Shown one piece after another: positions 8,482 through 17,795 of a stretch of DNA of 58,855 nt. The translations under genes and the position numbers were made by a program. Under the pieces are notes generated by a model that searched no databases, was not told the origin of the DNA, and worked only from the letters and a program-made list of their open reading frames with translations. Each line of letters starts with the position of its first letter. Within the stretch, counting starts at the first letter, position 1. The DNA lies in contig CAWKAR010000031.1 of assembly GCA_963847625.1 (NCBI GenBank), positions 1 through 58,855 on the forward strand. The letters are read 5' to 3'. Origin of the DNA: a candidate division FCPU426 bacterium (lineage in GTDB: Bacteria; Oederibacteriota; Muellerivitia; Muellerivitales; Muellerivitaceae).

Positions 8482-8823
8482 ATGTCCACAACCTCCGACT
8501 CGAAATACCAGGTCACCCTCTATACCGCCAAAAGGGAACCCCTCCTGGCGGGGGCCCTGCAAGGCTTGGGCGAACTGGGTTTGGAAAGACTCTCGCGGCG
8601 CTTTCCGGGTTTGAAAATTCCGCGTCACGCCTTTTATCCGGACCGGGTGGAACTTCTTCTGGATTTCGGCCGGTTAGACGAGGACCTTCCCCGCGTGGTC
8701 CAGTTCTTCAAGTTCGAGGTGAAGAACGAGGCCAAGAAAAGGGGATTCCAAGGGGATTCGCTCTGGCAGTGGAACTATGATGTTTTGGAGGTCCCACTTT
8801 CGGATAGATCAGTTGACCTCTGA
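8482..8823 (+). CDS. Degenerate RAYT/IS200-like Y1 transposase-fold protein lacking catalytic residues
   Basis: YQVTLYTAKREPLL, RFPGLKI..FYPDRVELLL (HUH position), LPRVVQFFK and LWQWNY match the RAYT motif order; no YIxxNP helix. Confidence 0.65.
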   Translation: MSTTSDSKYQVTLYTAKREPLLAGALQGLGELGLERLSRRFPGLKIPRHAFYPDRVELLLDFGRLDEDLPRVVQFFKFEVKNEAKKRGFQGDSLWQWNYDVLEVPLSDRSVDL

Positions 8824-8884
8824 CATCGGCAACTTTTTCCGAACGAACACTGGTTCGGCAGGCAGATAACAATTGTGGGACATT

Positions 8885-8921
8885 AAAAATAGTCCCGGCT
8901 GAAAAGCCGGGATTTTTATTT
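8885..8921. terminator. Bidirectional terminator between convergent genes
   Basis: AAAAA..TCCCGGCT-GAAA-AGCCGGGA-TTTTT. Confidence 0.75.
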
Positions 8922-9482
8922 TCAGGAAGAATGCGGTTCCGGTGTGATTTCGGAGGAGTGGATCAAGGTAATCCCATTCCTGCGCATTTGGGTCAGGGCC
9001 TTGTCGCCGTCCCCCGGCTTGACGTTCACCGCCGCCACGGCGTCCTCGATGACGAAAGCCTCGAACCCTTTCCGGTCCGAATCCAGGGCCGTCGCCTTGA
9101 CGCAATAATCCGTGGCGAGACCCGCCAGGAAAAGCTCGTTGACGTCCTTTTCCCGGAGGTATTTTTCCAGGTCCTTGCTGGTGGCCTCGAAAGCCGAGTA
9201 GCCGTCGTCCTTGTTGTTGGTCCCCTTCAGGAAGGTTTCCTGGATCTTCTTGGCGTCCAAGCCGGGGTGGAACTCCGCGCCGGGGGTGTCCCGAACGCAA
9301 TGGGGCGGCCATTTCTTGAAATGCACGCTTCCCGGGGGATGCCAATCCTTGGAGGCGATCACCAGCGGGAAGGAAGCCATGAGACGGTTGATGACGGGCA
9401 CCACCTTGTCCCCCCCAGGCACCGCGAGGGTCCCGCCGGGACAGAAGTCGTTTTGAACGTCCACGATCAATAGGGCTTTCAT
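8922..9482 (-). CDS. pncA: Nicotinamidase/pyrazinamidase
   Basis: ALLIVDVQNDFCPGG, KDWHP, WPPHC, DGYSAF, GLATDYCV; AAGGAG SD before ATG at 9482; adjacent to pncB. Confidence 0.93.
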   Translation of the reverse strand: MKALLIVDVQNDFCPGGTLAVPGGDKVVPVINRLMASFPLVIASKDWHPPGSVHFKKWPPHCVRDTPGAEFHPGLDAKKIQETFLKGTNNKDDGYSAFEATSKDLEKYLREKDVNELFLAGLATDYCVKATALDSDRKGFEAFVIEDAVAAVNVKPGDGDKALTQMRRNGITLIHSSEITPEPHSS

Positions 9483-9527
9483 TGATTCTCCTTCCAACGG
9501 GTTCACCCGGCTTCCTCCAAACGTGGC

Positions 9528-10937
9528 TCAACCGCCGTAGGGGGCGATGAGATCGTCGCGCTGTTGCAGGAGTTTGGAACTAACCCCGACCTTATAGATA
9601 TGCGGAAACTCGAAGCGCTTGTGCTCGGGCGAGAGTTTCGCGAGGCGCTCCTTCGCGTAGTCGGCGGCCTCTTTCACGGAAAGGCGGGTCAGGGCTTTCC
9701 CCCCCTCCATCACCTTAAATAGAATGCCCTCCGGGAAACAATGGGTCACCCGGCTTTTTTTCTCGGGGAAGAGGGGGTGATAGACGGTATCGACGCTTTT
9801 TTCATCCTCCAGGAGCACCCCGTCCGCGTAAAAAAAGCCATCCGGATCGGTGTAACGGACGATTTTTTTGATCCCCGGAAGGGTCGTTTTGGACCTGTTC
9901 TCGGATATTTTCAGGCAGGGTTTTCCGCCGTAATGGCTGAGTTTGTAAACGCCGTCCAGGGCCGGGCTGTCCTGGCCCGTCACCAGGCTGGTTCCCACGC
10001 CGAAGGCGTTGATGGGAGCCCCCTGGTCCAGAAGGCTCTTGATCAGGTGCTCGTTCAGCTGGTTGGAGACGACGATTTTTACGTAATGCAGGCCCGCCTC
10101 ATCCAGCATCGTCCGCGCCTTCTTGCTCAGGTAAGCCAGGTCGCCCGAGTCCAACCGCACGCCCGCCAGACGCTGACCCTTTCCCTCCATTTCCTTGGCC
10201 ACCGCGATGGCGTTGGGAATGCCGCTCTGGAGGGTGTTGTAGGTGTCCACCAGGAAAACGCACTGGTCCGGATAGAACCCGGCGAATTCGCGGAAAGCCG
10301 TCAGCTCGTCCGGGTAGCTTTGAATCCAGGAATGGGCCTGGGTGCCGGAAACCGGGAGCGAGAAGGCCTTGCCTGCATAAACGTTCGAGGTGGCGTCCAG
10401 CCCCCCGATGAGTGCGGAGCGCGACGCCTGGATGCCTCCCAGGCCCTGGGCCCGCCTCAGCCCGAAATCCACCACGCGGCGGCCCCGCGCGGCCAGCACC
10501 ATGCGGGAAGCCTTGGTGGCGATGAGGGACTCGAAGTTGATGAAATTCAAAAGGAGGGTCTCGATGATCTGGTTCTCCAGGATGGTCCCTTCCGTCCGGA
10601 GGACGGGCTCCAGGGGGAAGACCACCTCGCCCTCCCGCACCGAGGTGATTTTTCCACGGTATTTGAACCCCTTCAGGTAATCCAGGAATTTTTCCTGGAA
10701 TCCCCTGTCTTTCAGGTAGGCCAGGTCGTCGTCCTCGAACCGGTAGTCTTCCAGGGTCTCCAACAGGTTGTCGAGGCCCGCGAATAGGACGTAACCGCCC
10801 TGGAAGGGGTTTTCGCGGAAAAAATAGTCGAAACAGGCCGGGACCTCGGCCTTGCCCGCCAGGAAAAAACCCTGGGCCATGGTGAGCTCGTAGAGGTCGG
10901 TGTAAAGGCCGCTGTGATGGGGAAGAAGGGAGGACAT
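9528..10937 (-). CDS. pncB: Nicotinate phosphoribosyltransferase
   Basis: TDLYELTM, DFGLRRAQG, GTQAHSW, LVDTY, VRLDSGD, FGVGT, GVYKL. Confidence 0.95.
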   Translation of the reverse strand: MSSLLPHHSGLYTDLYELTMAQGFFLAGKAEVPACFDYFFRENPFQGGYVLFAGLDNLLETLEDYRFEDDDLAYLKDRGFQEKFLDYLKGFKYRGKITSVREGEVVFPLEPVLRTEGTILENQIIETLLLNFINFESLIATKASRMVLAARGRRVVDFGLRRAQGLGGIQASRSALIGGLDATSNVYAGKAFSLPVSGTQAHSWIQSYPDELTAFREFAGFYPDQCVFLVDTYNTLQSGIPNAIAVAKEMEGKGQRLAGVRLDSGDLAYLSKKARTMLDEAGLHYVKIVVSNQLNEHLIKSLLDQGAPINAFGVGTSLVTGQDSPALDGVYKLSHYGGKPCLKISENRSKTTLPGIKKIVRYTDPDGFFYADGVLLEDEKSVDTVYHPLFPEKKSRVTHCFPEGILFKVMEGGKALTRLSVKEAADYAKERLAKLSPEHKRFEFPHIYKVGVSSKLLQQRDDLIAPYGG

Positions 10938-10959
10938 TTAAGCGATTCCTAACGAGGGT

Positions 10960-11265
10960 CTATAAAATATCATTCAAAAGGTGTGAGCCATGAAGAACTC
11001 GGTGTATTTCGATTTTTTTATTTTGAACGACGTAAAAAACAAGATAATCCTCAAGAACCAAGACGCGATAACCAAGCCGTTTTAATTTTTCATGCCGGGG
11101 TATCCGTCCCATTAATGGATGAGATTCCAAATGCCCAATCCGTCCGGCTAAAGCCTCCACAAAGATTAAAGCGCGGGCGGGATTGTCTTTGGCGATCCAA
11201 TCGACTATGGCCGTCAAATCATCCCGGGCTATGGGAAGATAAACCAGGGAATACTTATTTGGCAT
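10960..11265 (-). CDS. Type II toxin, RelE/ParE family
   Basis: ARDDLTAIVDWIAKDNP, LESHPLMGR, YLVFY, IHRVLHG; overlaps the upstream antitoxin. Confidence 0.88.
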   Translation of the reverse strand: MPNKYSLVYLPIARDDLTAIVDWIAKDNPARALIFVEALAGRIGHLESHPLMGRIPRHEKLKRLGYRVLVLEDYLVFYVVQNKKIEIHRVLHGSHLLNDIL

Positions 11266-11524
11266 GAACGCGTTGTTTTAGCGTCTGAACCATCCGGGCA
11301 TGGGAAATGCCCTTCGCTCCGGAAGCGGATTGGGATTGGGCGACCGAAAGTTTTTCAAAAAGATCCAATTCGACCTTCAACTTTTCATAATGTTCCATGC
11401 TCATGACCACTAAATCTCCCTCACCGTTGGTGGTCAAATAAACAGGCTCATCCTGTTCATGGCAGAGGGTGGAAATTTTACGGGTGTGGTTTCGAAGGCT
11501 GGAAATGGATTTGATGATGGGCAT
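11255..11524 (-). CDS. Type II antitoxin, Phd/YefM family
   Basis: IKSISSLRNH, EPVYLTTNGEGDLVVMSMEHYE. Confidence 0.9.
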   Translation of the reverse strand: MPIIKSISSLRNHTRKISTLCHEQDEPVYLTTNGEGDLVVMSMEHYEKLKVELDLFEKLSVAQSQSASGAKGISHARMVQTLKQRVHAK

Positions 11525-11556
11525 AAGCGCTTGGCTCCCTCACTGAGGATAAGCGC

Positions 11557-11585
11557 AAATTAACACCAAATATTGATAATATCAA
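11557..11585 (-). promoter_or_regulatory. Sigma70-type promoter of the TA operon with overlapping palindromic operator
   Basis: Minus strand TTGATA-N17-TAATTT with TGn extension; perfect palindrome TTGATA-A-TATCAA at 11573-11585 covers the -35. Confidence 0.65.
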
Positions 11586-11604
11586 GGGACCTTTCCCGGA
11601 AGGC

Positions 11605-13524
11605 TTACCGGTTGAACAACTGGGGGATGAAGGTGGTGAGGAAAGGCACGTAGGTGATCAACAAAACCATGGCGTACAGCATGGCCAGCATGGGCAGGAC
11701 GGACTTGTAAACTTCCACCATGGGTTTCTTGAACCGGTAGGAGGACAGGAAGAGGTTTAGCCCCAGGGGCGGGGTCAGGAACCCCAATTCCATGTTGGCC
11801 AGGAAAATGATTCCCATGTGCACGGGGTCCACGCCGAAGGCCTGGGAAATGGGAATCAAAAGCGGGACCACCACGATGATGGCCGCGAAGATTTCCAGGA
11901 GCCCTCCCACAAAAAGCAACATCACGTTCACCATCAGCAGGAATAGCCATTGGGAATGGACGGAGTTGCTCACCCAGGCGGCCAGCCGGGCCGGGATCTG
12001 GGCGTCCACCATGTCGTTGGTGAATCCCAGGGAGACCCCCAGGATCAGGAGCACGCCCCCCACCAGGATGCCGCATTCCGTGATGACCGTGGGAATGTGC
12101 CTGAATTTCAGACCCCTATATATGAAGACCTCCACAATAAAAGCGTACATGGCGGTCAAGGCCGCCGACTCCACCAGGGTGACCTTGACGACAAAGAGGA
12201 AAAAGAAGACAACCAGGGGAAGGACCAGTTCCCATTTCGCGATCCAGAGGGACTCCAGGGCTTCCCGGCGCGTGAAAGGGTGCTTGGCGGCCTGTTCGGA
12301 GGAGCCCTTCCAGATGCCCCAGGCGGCGGTTCCCAGTACCAGCAGGGTCCCCGGGAGAAGCCCGCCCAGGAACAACTTGTCGATGGGAGTGTGGGAAACG
12401 ACCCCGTAAAGGATGACCGGCAGACTGGGGGGGAATAGCAGGCCCAGGGAACCGGCCGAGGTCAAAAGCCCCAGCGAATTCCTTTCCGTGTACCTTTCTG
12501 CGATCAGGATGGGCATCAAGAGCCCGCCGAGCGCCAGGATGGTGACGCCGGAACCCCCGGTGAACGCCGTGAAAAAGGCGCAGACCAGGCAAGTCACGAT
12601 GGCCGGCCCGCCCTTCAAGGACCCGAAGAGGGCCTGGAAAACCCGAAGAAGCCGCTTGGAGGCGCCGCCTTCCGCCAGCAAATAGCCCGTCAGCGTGAAA
12701 AGGGGGATCGTGGGGATGGTGGGGTTCACCACCATCCGGTAGGTCTCGGCCGGGATGGAACTGATGGGGGTCTCGGAATTCCACAGGAAGAAAAGGGCCG
12801 CTCCGCCCAGGGCCACGAAAACCGGCGCCCCCAAAATGACCGCCGTGATCAAAAGAACGAATGCCAGGATGAGGAACCCCTGGGGCGGGTTATGGACCAG
12901 GAAACCCAGGGACGCCAGGGCGGCCGTTACCAACAGGGTGTAAAGCCTCTCCAGATTCCTGTCGGAGGATCGCCACACGAGCCGGCCCACGATCAGGGAA
13001 AAACCGAAGGGAAGCAGGCAAAGGACGAACCATGTGGGGATGCCGAGCGAAACCATGTCCCCCGAGTCCTTTTCGATCATGACGAAACTGAGACTGGCCT
13101 TGGCCAGGTAAAGGGTGATGGCGGCGCCGAAACCATAGGTGAGGATGCGCACTGGGTTCTTGAAGCGCTCGGGAATCAGGCCCGCAGAGGCGGCGAGGGC
13201 CAAAAGTTTCCCTTCCCGGGCCGCGATGGCCCCGCCGAACATCATGATGGCCAGGATCGTGTGCTGGACCAGCGTGAGGGAGCCGGGAACGATGTTGGCC
13301 GGGACGAAATGGAAAAGGGGGTTCAGCTTCCGGCCGATAATATCCAACAGGGGGAGAATCATCATGAAGCCGAAGAAGAAAGTCAAAAGGAGGTTCTCGA
13401 CCGGGTGCCAGAAGGCTTTTTTCGCGGGGGCTACGGTGGGGTCGCCCTCGAACATCAAGGCTTCCCCTTGAGCCATTTCCTCCGGAGGTGCCGTTGGCTT
13501 GAGTTTGAGAGGTTCAGACGGCAT
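11605..13524 (-). CDS. TRAP transporter fused small/large permease (DctQ-DctM)
   Basis: N-terminal DctQ-like 4-TM region; DctM motifs IPLFTLTGYLL, FTGGSG, LFPPS, GVDPVHMGIIF, LTPPLGLNLF. Confidence 0.92.
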   Translation of the reverse strand: MPSEPLKLKPTAPPEEMAQGEALMFEGDPTVAPAKKAFWHPVENLLLTFFFGFMMILPLLDIIGRKLNPLFHFVPANIVPGSLTLVQHTILAIMMFGGAIAAREGKLLALAASAGLIPERFKNPVRILTYGFGAAITLYLAKASLSFVMIEKDSGDMVSLGIPTWFVLCLLPFGFSLIVGRLVWRSSDRNLERLYTLLVTAALASLGFLVHNPPQGFLILAFVLLITAVILGAPVFVALGGAALFFLWNSETPISSIPAETYRMVVNPTIPTIPLFTLTGYLLAEGGASKRLLRVFQALFGSLKGGPAIVTCLVCAFFTAFTGGSGVTILALGGLLMPILIAERYTERNSLGLLTSAGSLGLLFPPSLPVILYGVVSHTPIDKLFLGGLLPGTLLVLGTAAWGIWKGSSEQAAKHPFTRREALESLWIAKWELVLPLVVFFFLFVVKVTLVESAALTAMYAFIVEVFIYRGLKFRHIPTVITECGILVGGVLLILGVSLGFTNDMVDAQIPARLAAWVSNSVHSQWLFLLMVNVMLLFVGGLLEIFAAIIVVVPLLIPISQAFGVDPVHMGIIFLANMELGFLTPPLGLNLFLSSYRFKKPMVEVYKSVLPMLAMLYAMVLLITYVPFLTTFIPQLFNR

Positions 13525-14552
13525 TATTTCCCGGCCGTCTTGGCCCGGTATTCATCGCGGTACTTGACGGCCAACTCCATGATGTCGGCGGGAATGATGG
13601 TGCCGGAAATCTGGGGCTTGAAGTCCAGGAAGAGTTTTTCCCATTGGACATATTGGTCGGCCGTAATCTCGTGGATCTCCAGGCCGTGTTCTTTCATCAC
13701 GTCAATGGCCTTGTCGGAGTTCTGGCGGATGTCGTCCCGGAAGCCTTTGCCGGCCGCGGCCGCAGCTTTCAGGATGGCGGGCCTTGAGGCCGCGGGAATC
13801 TTATTCCAGGCCTTGGTGGTGATGATGGTGGCGCCGATCAACGGGCACCATCTCATGTTCGTCATGTGCTTGGCCAGGGCGAACCACTGGAAAGACAGGG
13901 CGGCGATGGGGGTGGTATCGAAGCAGTTGATCATTCCGGTCTGCAGGTTGGGAAGGATGTCGGTGGCGGCCAGGGGAATGGGGGAAAATCCCGCCGAATG
14001 CCAGATGTTCATGGTGTCGGGATCGTCGCCCCAGACGAAAAGCTTCATTTTTCTCAAGTCATCCGGGGTCAGGATGGGCGTTTTGCCGAAAAAGTAAACC
14101 CAACCCGCCTCGCCCCAATTGAGCACCTTGAAGCCCTTGGCCTCCAGGCGTTTTTCCAGGATGGGCTGCATCTTGGCGCGCACGTGATCGCTTTCGGCGA
14201 AGTCCTTGTAAAGCATGGGGATGGAGAGCACCTCCACGGCCTTGTCGATCTTGGCCAGCCCCACCACGGTGACTACGCCCACCTGGATCTGGTTGATCCG
14301 CATCTTGGTGATGATATCCGGCTCGTCGCCCAAGACGCCGTTGCCGAAAACCTTTAATTTCACTCCCGCCATTTTCCATTTGTTTCCCATTTCCTGGAGG
14401 ATATTGTCCCAGGAGGAATGCTCGGGAGCGAGGGTGCCCAGCTTCAGGGTCAGCATGTCCTTTTCCTGAGCGTTCAGGCAGGGCGCCAGGAAGCCGCTGC
14501 CCAGGAGCAGGGCTCCCATCCACAGGATGGTGGTTCTTGAAAATAGTTTCAT
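13524..14552 (-). CDS. TRAP substrate-binding protein DctP (TatP-like)
   Basis: Signal peptide; LKLGTLAPEHSSW, GVLGDE, TPDDLRKMK, LQTGMIN. Confidence 0.9.
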   Translation of the reverse strand: MKLFSRTTILWMGALLLGSGFLAPCLNAQEKDMLTLKLGTLAPEHSSWDNILQEMGNKWKMAGVKLKVFGNGVLGDEPDIITKMRINQIQVGVVTVVGLAKIDKAVEVLSIPMLYKDFAESDHVRAKMQPILEKRLEAKGFKVLNWGEAGWVYFFGKTPILTPDDLRKMKLFVWGDDPDTMNIWHSAGFSPIPLAATDILPNLQTGMINCFDTTPIAALSFQWFALAKHMTNMRWCPLIGATIITTKAWNKIPAASRPAILKAAAAAGKGFRDDIRQNSDKAIDVMKEHGLEIHEITADQYVQWEKLFLDFKPQISGTIIPADIMELAVKYRDEYRAKTAGK

Positions 14553-14606
14553 CGCAATCCCCCTTGGTTCAAGCAAATGCAAAACCTATTAATCCGCAAA
14601 GTCTTC

Positions 14607-15542
14607 CTATTGCGCGAAGATCGAGTCCTCATGGGCCAAAAGCCAGCGCGCCCGCTTCTGGGTGATTAGGTTTACCAGCCGGCTGGCGGGTTTCTTGTCC
14701 GGGTCGATGGCCAGGGCCATGTTGAGCATTTCCTCGAATTCATCCCGGTTTTGCTGTTTTTCGTCCACCGCCTCGGCCCAGTTCACGTAGGTGGAGGCGC
14801 TCTGGCCGTGGTTCAATTCCAATGCCCGGTCGAAGTGTTCCTTGGCCTTTTTCGCCGAGCCCCCCATCATGGCGGGCTTCCCGCCCTCATAGGTGATCAG
14901 GAATTCGTGCAACCCGCCCTCGTCGTAGTCGGGATTGAGCTCATAGGCCCGGTAGATGAGGGCCTCGGCCTGGGGCACGTCGGAAACCAGCTCGGGATCA
15001 TCCTTACCGATGGAGATGGCGGCCATCCAGGAAAGGCCCGTCCAATAGAGGAGGTCGATGTCCTCCTTCTTGGCCTTGGCGGCGGCGCCCTTGGGATCGG
15101 TCATCAGCATCTTGGAGAAGTGGTTGTGCCGGACGTCCAGGCCCCTCAACCCGTAATCCCTGGCCCGCACGTAAAGTTTTTTCGCCCTCTCATTGAGAGC
15201 CTTGGATTTCTCGTAATCCCTGTCGTGGATATACTCGGAGTCCGCCTGGACGAAAGCGTAAGCGTACTCGGTGAAACCCTTGCAGGCCGCGGTCAAGAGG
15301 CCCACGTGGCGGGGGGTGGCCGAGAGAATGCTTTCCATCAATTTCAAGCTGAAGGGAATGGCCTCCCGGATGAGCTCGGGGTCGTTGTCGGAGGAAAAAG
15401 TGTCCCCGGTCCCGGCCAGGCTGTCCGCCACCGAATTGATGGCCATGGACTTGATGAAACAACCGTTCAGGAGGGGAGCCAGCGCCAATAAGAGCGCCCA
15501 TAAAGGCCATAGGGAGAAAAATCGAAGAGGTTTATTAGGCAT
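14607..15542 (-). CDS. TRAP-associated TatT component (helical TPR-like lipoprotein)
   Basis: Lipobox LNGC; DPELIREAIPFSLKLMESIL, YAYAFV, AKEHFDRALEL; directly upstream of dctP-dctQM. Confidence 0.85.
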   Translation of the reverse strand: MPNKPLRFFSLWPLWALLLALAPLLNGCFIKSMAINSVADSLAGTGDTFSSDNDPELIREAIPFSLKLMESILSATPRHVGLLTAACKGFTEYAYAFVQADSEYIHDRDYEKSKALNERAKKLYVRARDYGLRGLDVRHNHFSKMLMTDPKGAAAKAKKEDIDLLYWTGLSWMAAISIGKDDPELVSDVPQAEALIYRAYELNPDYDEGGLHEFLITYEGGKPAMMGGSAKKAKEHFDRALELNHGQSASTYVNWAEAVDEKQQNRDEFEEMLNMALAIDPDKKPASRLVNLITQKRARWLLAHEDSIFAQ

Positions 15543-15791
15543 ATTCAGATCCTGTCGAAGTAATAAAGAGGAACCTTTTTACCCTTAACCCAGGGGGGGT
15601 GTCAATAAGAACGAATTTCACCCTGTTATTTGGACGAATGGGGGAATATCAGAGTTTAGGAAGCCGTTTCTTTAGAATTTTCCATAGTTTGAATCTCACA
15701 AAATAAAAGACAAGTTTAATAAAAAAAAGTCCGTCGGAATTTATCAACAAAGCTTCTTGGTTTTCTTAACCGAGCGAAAAACCGGGCTTTT

Positions 15792-16043
15792 TTACTTTTG
15801 AATCGGCTTGTTCGGATTCAGATGAGGCACAAGTTTTTTGGGCGTCTTGGATAGCTTGCGAACCGTGCCTCTTTTTCCTTTTGGAGGGAACTTCTCACCC
15901 GGCTTAGGAAGGTTCGGGTCTGGAGCTTTGTTTATCTTAGAGTGAGGCTGTGGAAGACTATTTGACCCAGTTTGCGATAAGCCTAAGTTTGCCGTCACCA
16001 AAAGAAAAACCATTGCCAGGATTGAAGTTATCAGATTTTTCAT
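15792..16043 (-). CDS. Small secreted Lys/Pro-rich hypothetical protein
   Basis: AGGAGG SD, signal peptide, basic low-complexity mature part. Confidence 0.6.
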   Translation of the reverse strand: MKNLITSILAMVFLLVTANLGLSQTGSNSLPQPHSKINKAPDPNLPKPGEKFPPKGKRGTVRKLSKTPKKLVPHLNPNKPIQK

Positions 16044-16142
16044 TTTCCAACCTCCTTTTATGTTAAGAGCCTTTATTTTGTAAGCCTTTGTCCTTCACCC
16101 GGTTTGGGAATAAGGGCCGGATTGTTTTTCAGTCATTTCTTA

Positions 16143-17195
16143 TTAGTAATAAATGTAAACCGCCTTGTTATTGTGGTCGGACACACAAAGGTGGCCGTTA
16201 ATGGGGTTCACTTTTGAGTCGGTCGGGAAGGAAAAGCCCGTGTATTGACCTTTCAGGGTTCCCTTCCAATCATAAACATCCACTGTGCCATTTAAGGCAT
16301 CGGCACAATAAAGGAGATAGTATTCATCCACGCCGATTCCACGGATACTGGTGTTTATTGGCGTAGTCGGGAATAACATAGCCCAAAAATCACTCTCAAC
16401 GAGATCGCTGGAATACCAGGCCATGATTCCCTCATGGCCAGCATTCATGGTCGGGTCGCCCGCGTACACGTTGTCGTAGGTGTCCGTGGCTAAGCTTATG
16501 GGGTTATAGAAGTAGTCATAACCCCACTTGGTTATTTGGGCGTCAGGGTGATGAGTGGCTGATATCCAGCCTTCATTGTAGGAGTATTCCTCCACATATA
16601 TATTTCCCGAATCCATTACAAAGACGTTTCCGATAGAATCCGACGCAAGGTTATATGGGTACCATATAGAATAACCATCGGCTTTCAAATCATCCCAAAC
16701 ATAGCCCAAGGTGCCGTTTAAATCATACAGGCCATTGATGGCGTAGACATCATTGTTTGCGTTATCAGACACCCAAAGGTCGTCACAAGAGTAGTTATAG
16801 GCGATTCCCCATAGAACCGGCTTGCTGGTACCGGTAACGCTGAAGGAAGCCACAAAAGTCGCCGGACTCTGTGTCTCATCGTAGATTTCCACGGTGCCGG
16901 TTGTATTTGTTCCCGCGCCTTCCGCGATGTAAAGGTATCCCATTGGATCGAAACACATCGCCATGGGTTGGTCAACAGTGTTAATGGTGCTTCTGTAGGC
17001 TTTTTTAACCCATACCGCAGGAGTCGGGGGCAAGGTATATGTGGGTGTTGCTGTTATAGTCAAGGTCTGCGTTGGTGTGGCTGTAGGGTGTTTAGTTCCG
17101 CTGGTAGGACTGCTGCTGCTGCTGGAACAGGCCAAGTGGATCATGGCAACGGCCAAAAGGACCGCGATGGCCATGATATAGAGTTTCTTCATCAT
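16143..17195 (-). CDS. Lipoprotein with Ser/Thr/Pro linker and NHL-like beta-propeller
   Basis: AGGAGG SD, lipobox LAC, PTATPT linker, repeated P..(I/L)A.D..GN(V/L)(Y/F)V.D blades. Confidence 0.75.
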   Translation of the reverse strand: MMKKLYIMAIAVLLAVAMIHLACSSSSSSPTSGTKHPTATPTQTLTITATPTYTLPPTPAVWVKKAYRSTINTVDQPMAMCFDPMGYLYIAEGAGTNTTGTVEIYDETQSPATFVASFSVTGTSKPVLWGIAYNYSCDDLWVSDNANNDVYAINGLYDLNGTLGYVWDDLKADGYSIWYPYNLASDSIGNVFVMDSGNIYVEEYSYNEGWISATHHPDAQITKWGYDYFYNPISLATDTYDNVYAGDPTMNAGHEGIMAWYSSDLVESDFWAMLFPTTPINTSIRGIGVDEYYLLYCADALNGTVDVYDWKGTLKGQYTGFSFPTDSKVNPINGHLCVSDHNNKAVYIYY

Positions 17196-17347
17196 TACCT
17201 CCTTTAAATAATCCCTCCTTGTAATTAATTTGAAAATTGTTATAAGCCTTTTTAGGCAATGTCACAAGGGTATTAAAAGGGGTTTTAATAACCTTTAAAG
17301 GGAAACAACTTCGTGCCTGTTATCGCTTGTTACGACCCCCCGAAATG

Positions 17348-17383
17348 AAAAAAAGCCCGGCGGGAAACCCTCCGGGCTTTTTT
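17348..17383. terminator. Intrinsic terminator with bidirectional geometry
   Basis: A7-GCCCGG-CGGGAAACCCT-CCGGGC-T6. Confidence 0.8.
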
Positions 17384-17407
17384 GCTTCTGTATTTAAAAG
17401 TGCTTGT

Positions 17408-17602
17408 TTACTTCGCGGCGGGTGCCTTGACAGGAGCTGTCGCCGTTTTTGGAGCTACAACTTTCTTATGGAGCTTCTTGTGGCTCTTTTTGTGGGCCTT
17501 GATCGTTTTCTCAGCCGGTGTTTCCTTCGCTTGGGCGAAAACCGCGCCAGAAGTAGCGGCTAAAAAGAACGCCGATAACACTAGAATCAGAACTTTTTTC
17601 AT
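17408..17602 (-). CDS. Small secreted Lys/Ala/His-rich protein
   Basis: AGGAGG SD, signal peptide ending VFA, KAHKKSHKKLHKK, own terminator. Confidence 0.7.
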   Translation of the reverse strand: MKKVLILVLSAFFLAATSGAVFAQAKETPAEKTIKAHKKSHKKLHKKVVAPKTATAPVKAPAAK

Positions 17603-17758
17603 AACCTATCCCTCCTAAGGATTTCCTGAATTTTGAGGCATTTAATACCTGCCAAACTATTAGACGAAATTATCACTTAAAAGTTGCGACAATTTTCCAA
17701 TAATTCAATAAATTTTGGCGCCTCGTTTTCCCTTGGAAAATAAAGATATTAAAAAGAG

Positions 17759-17787
17759 TTGATAATTAACCGACCGGTTGGTAAGTT
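17759..17787 (+). promoter_or_regulatory. Promoter of tetR with palindromic operator in the spacer
   Basis: TTGATA-N17-TAAGTT with TGn extension; TAACCGACCGGTTGGTAA is an imperfect palindrome (14/18). Confidence 0.7.
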
Positions 17788-17795
17788 TATCGCCC

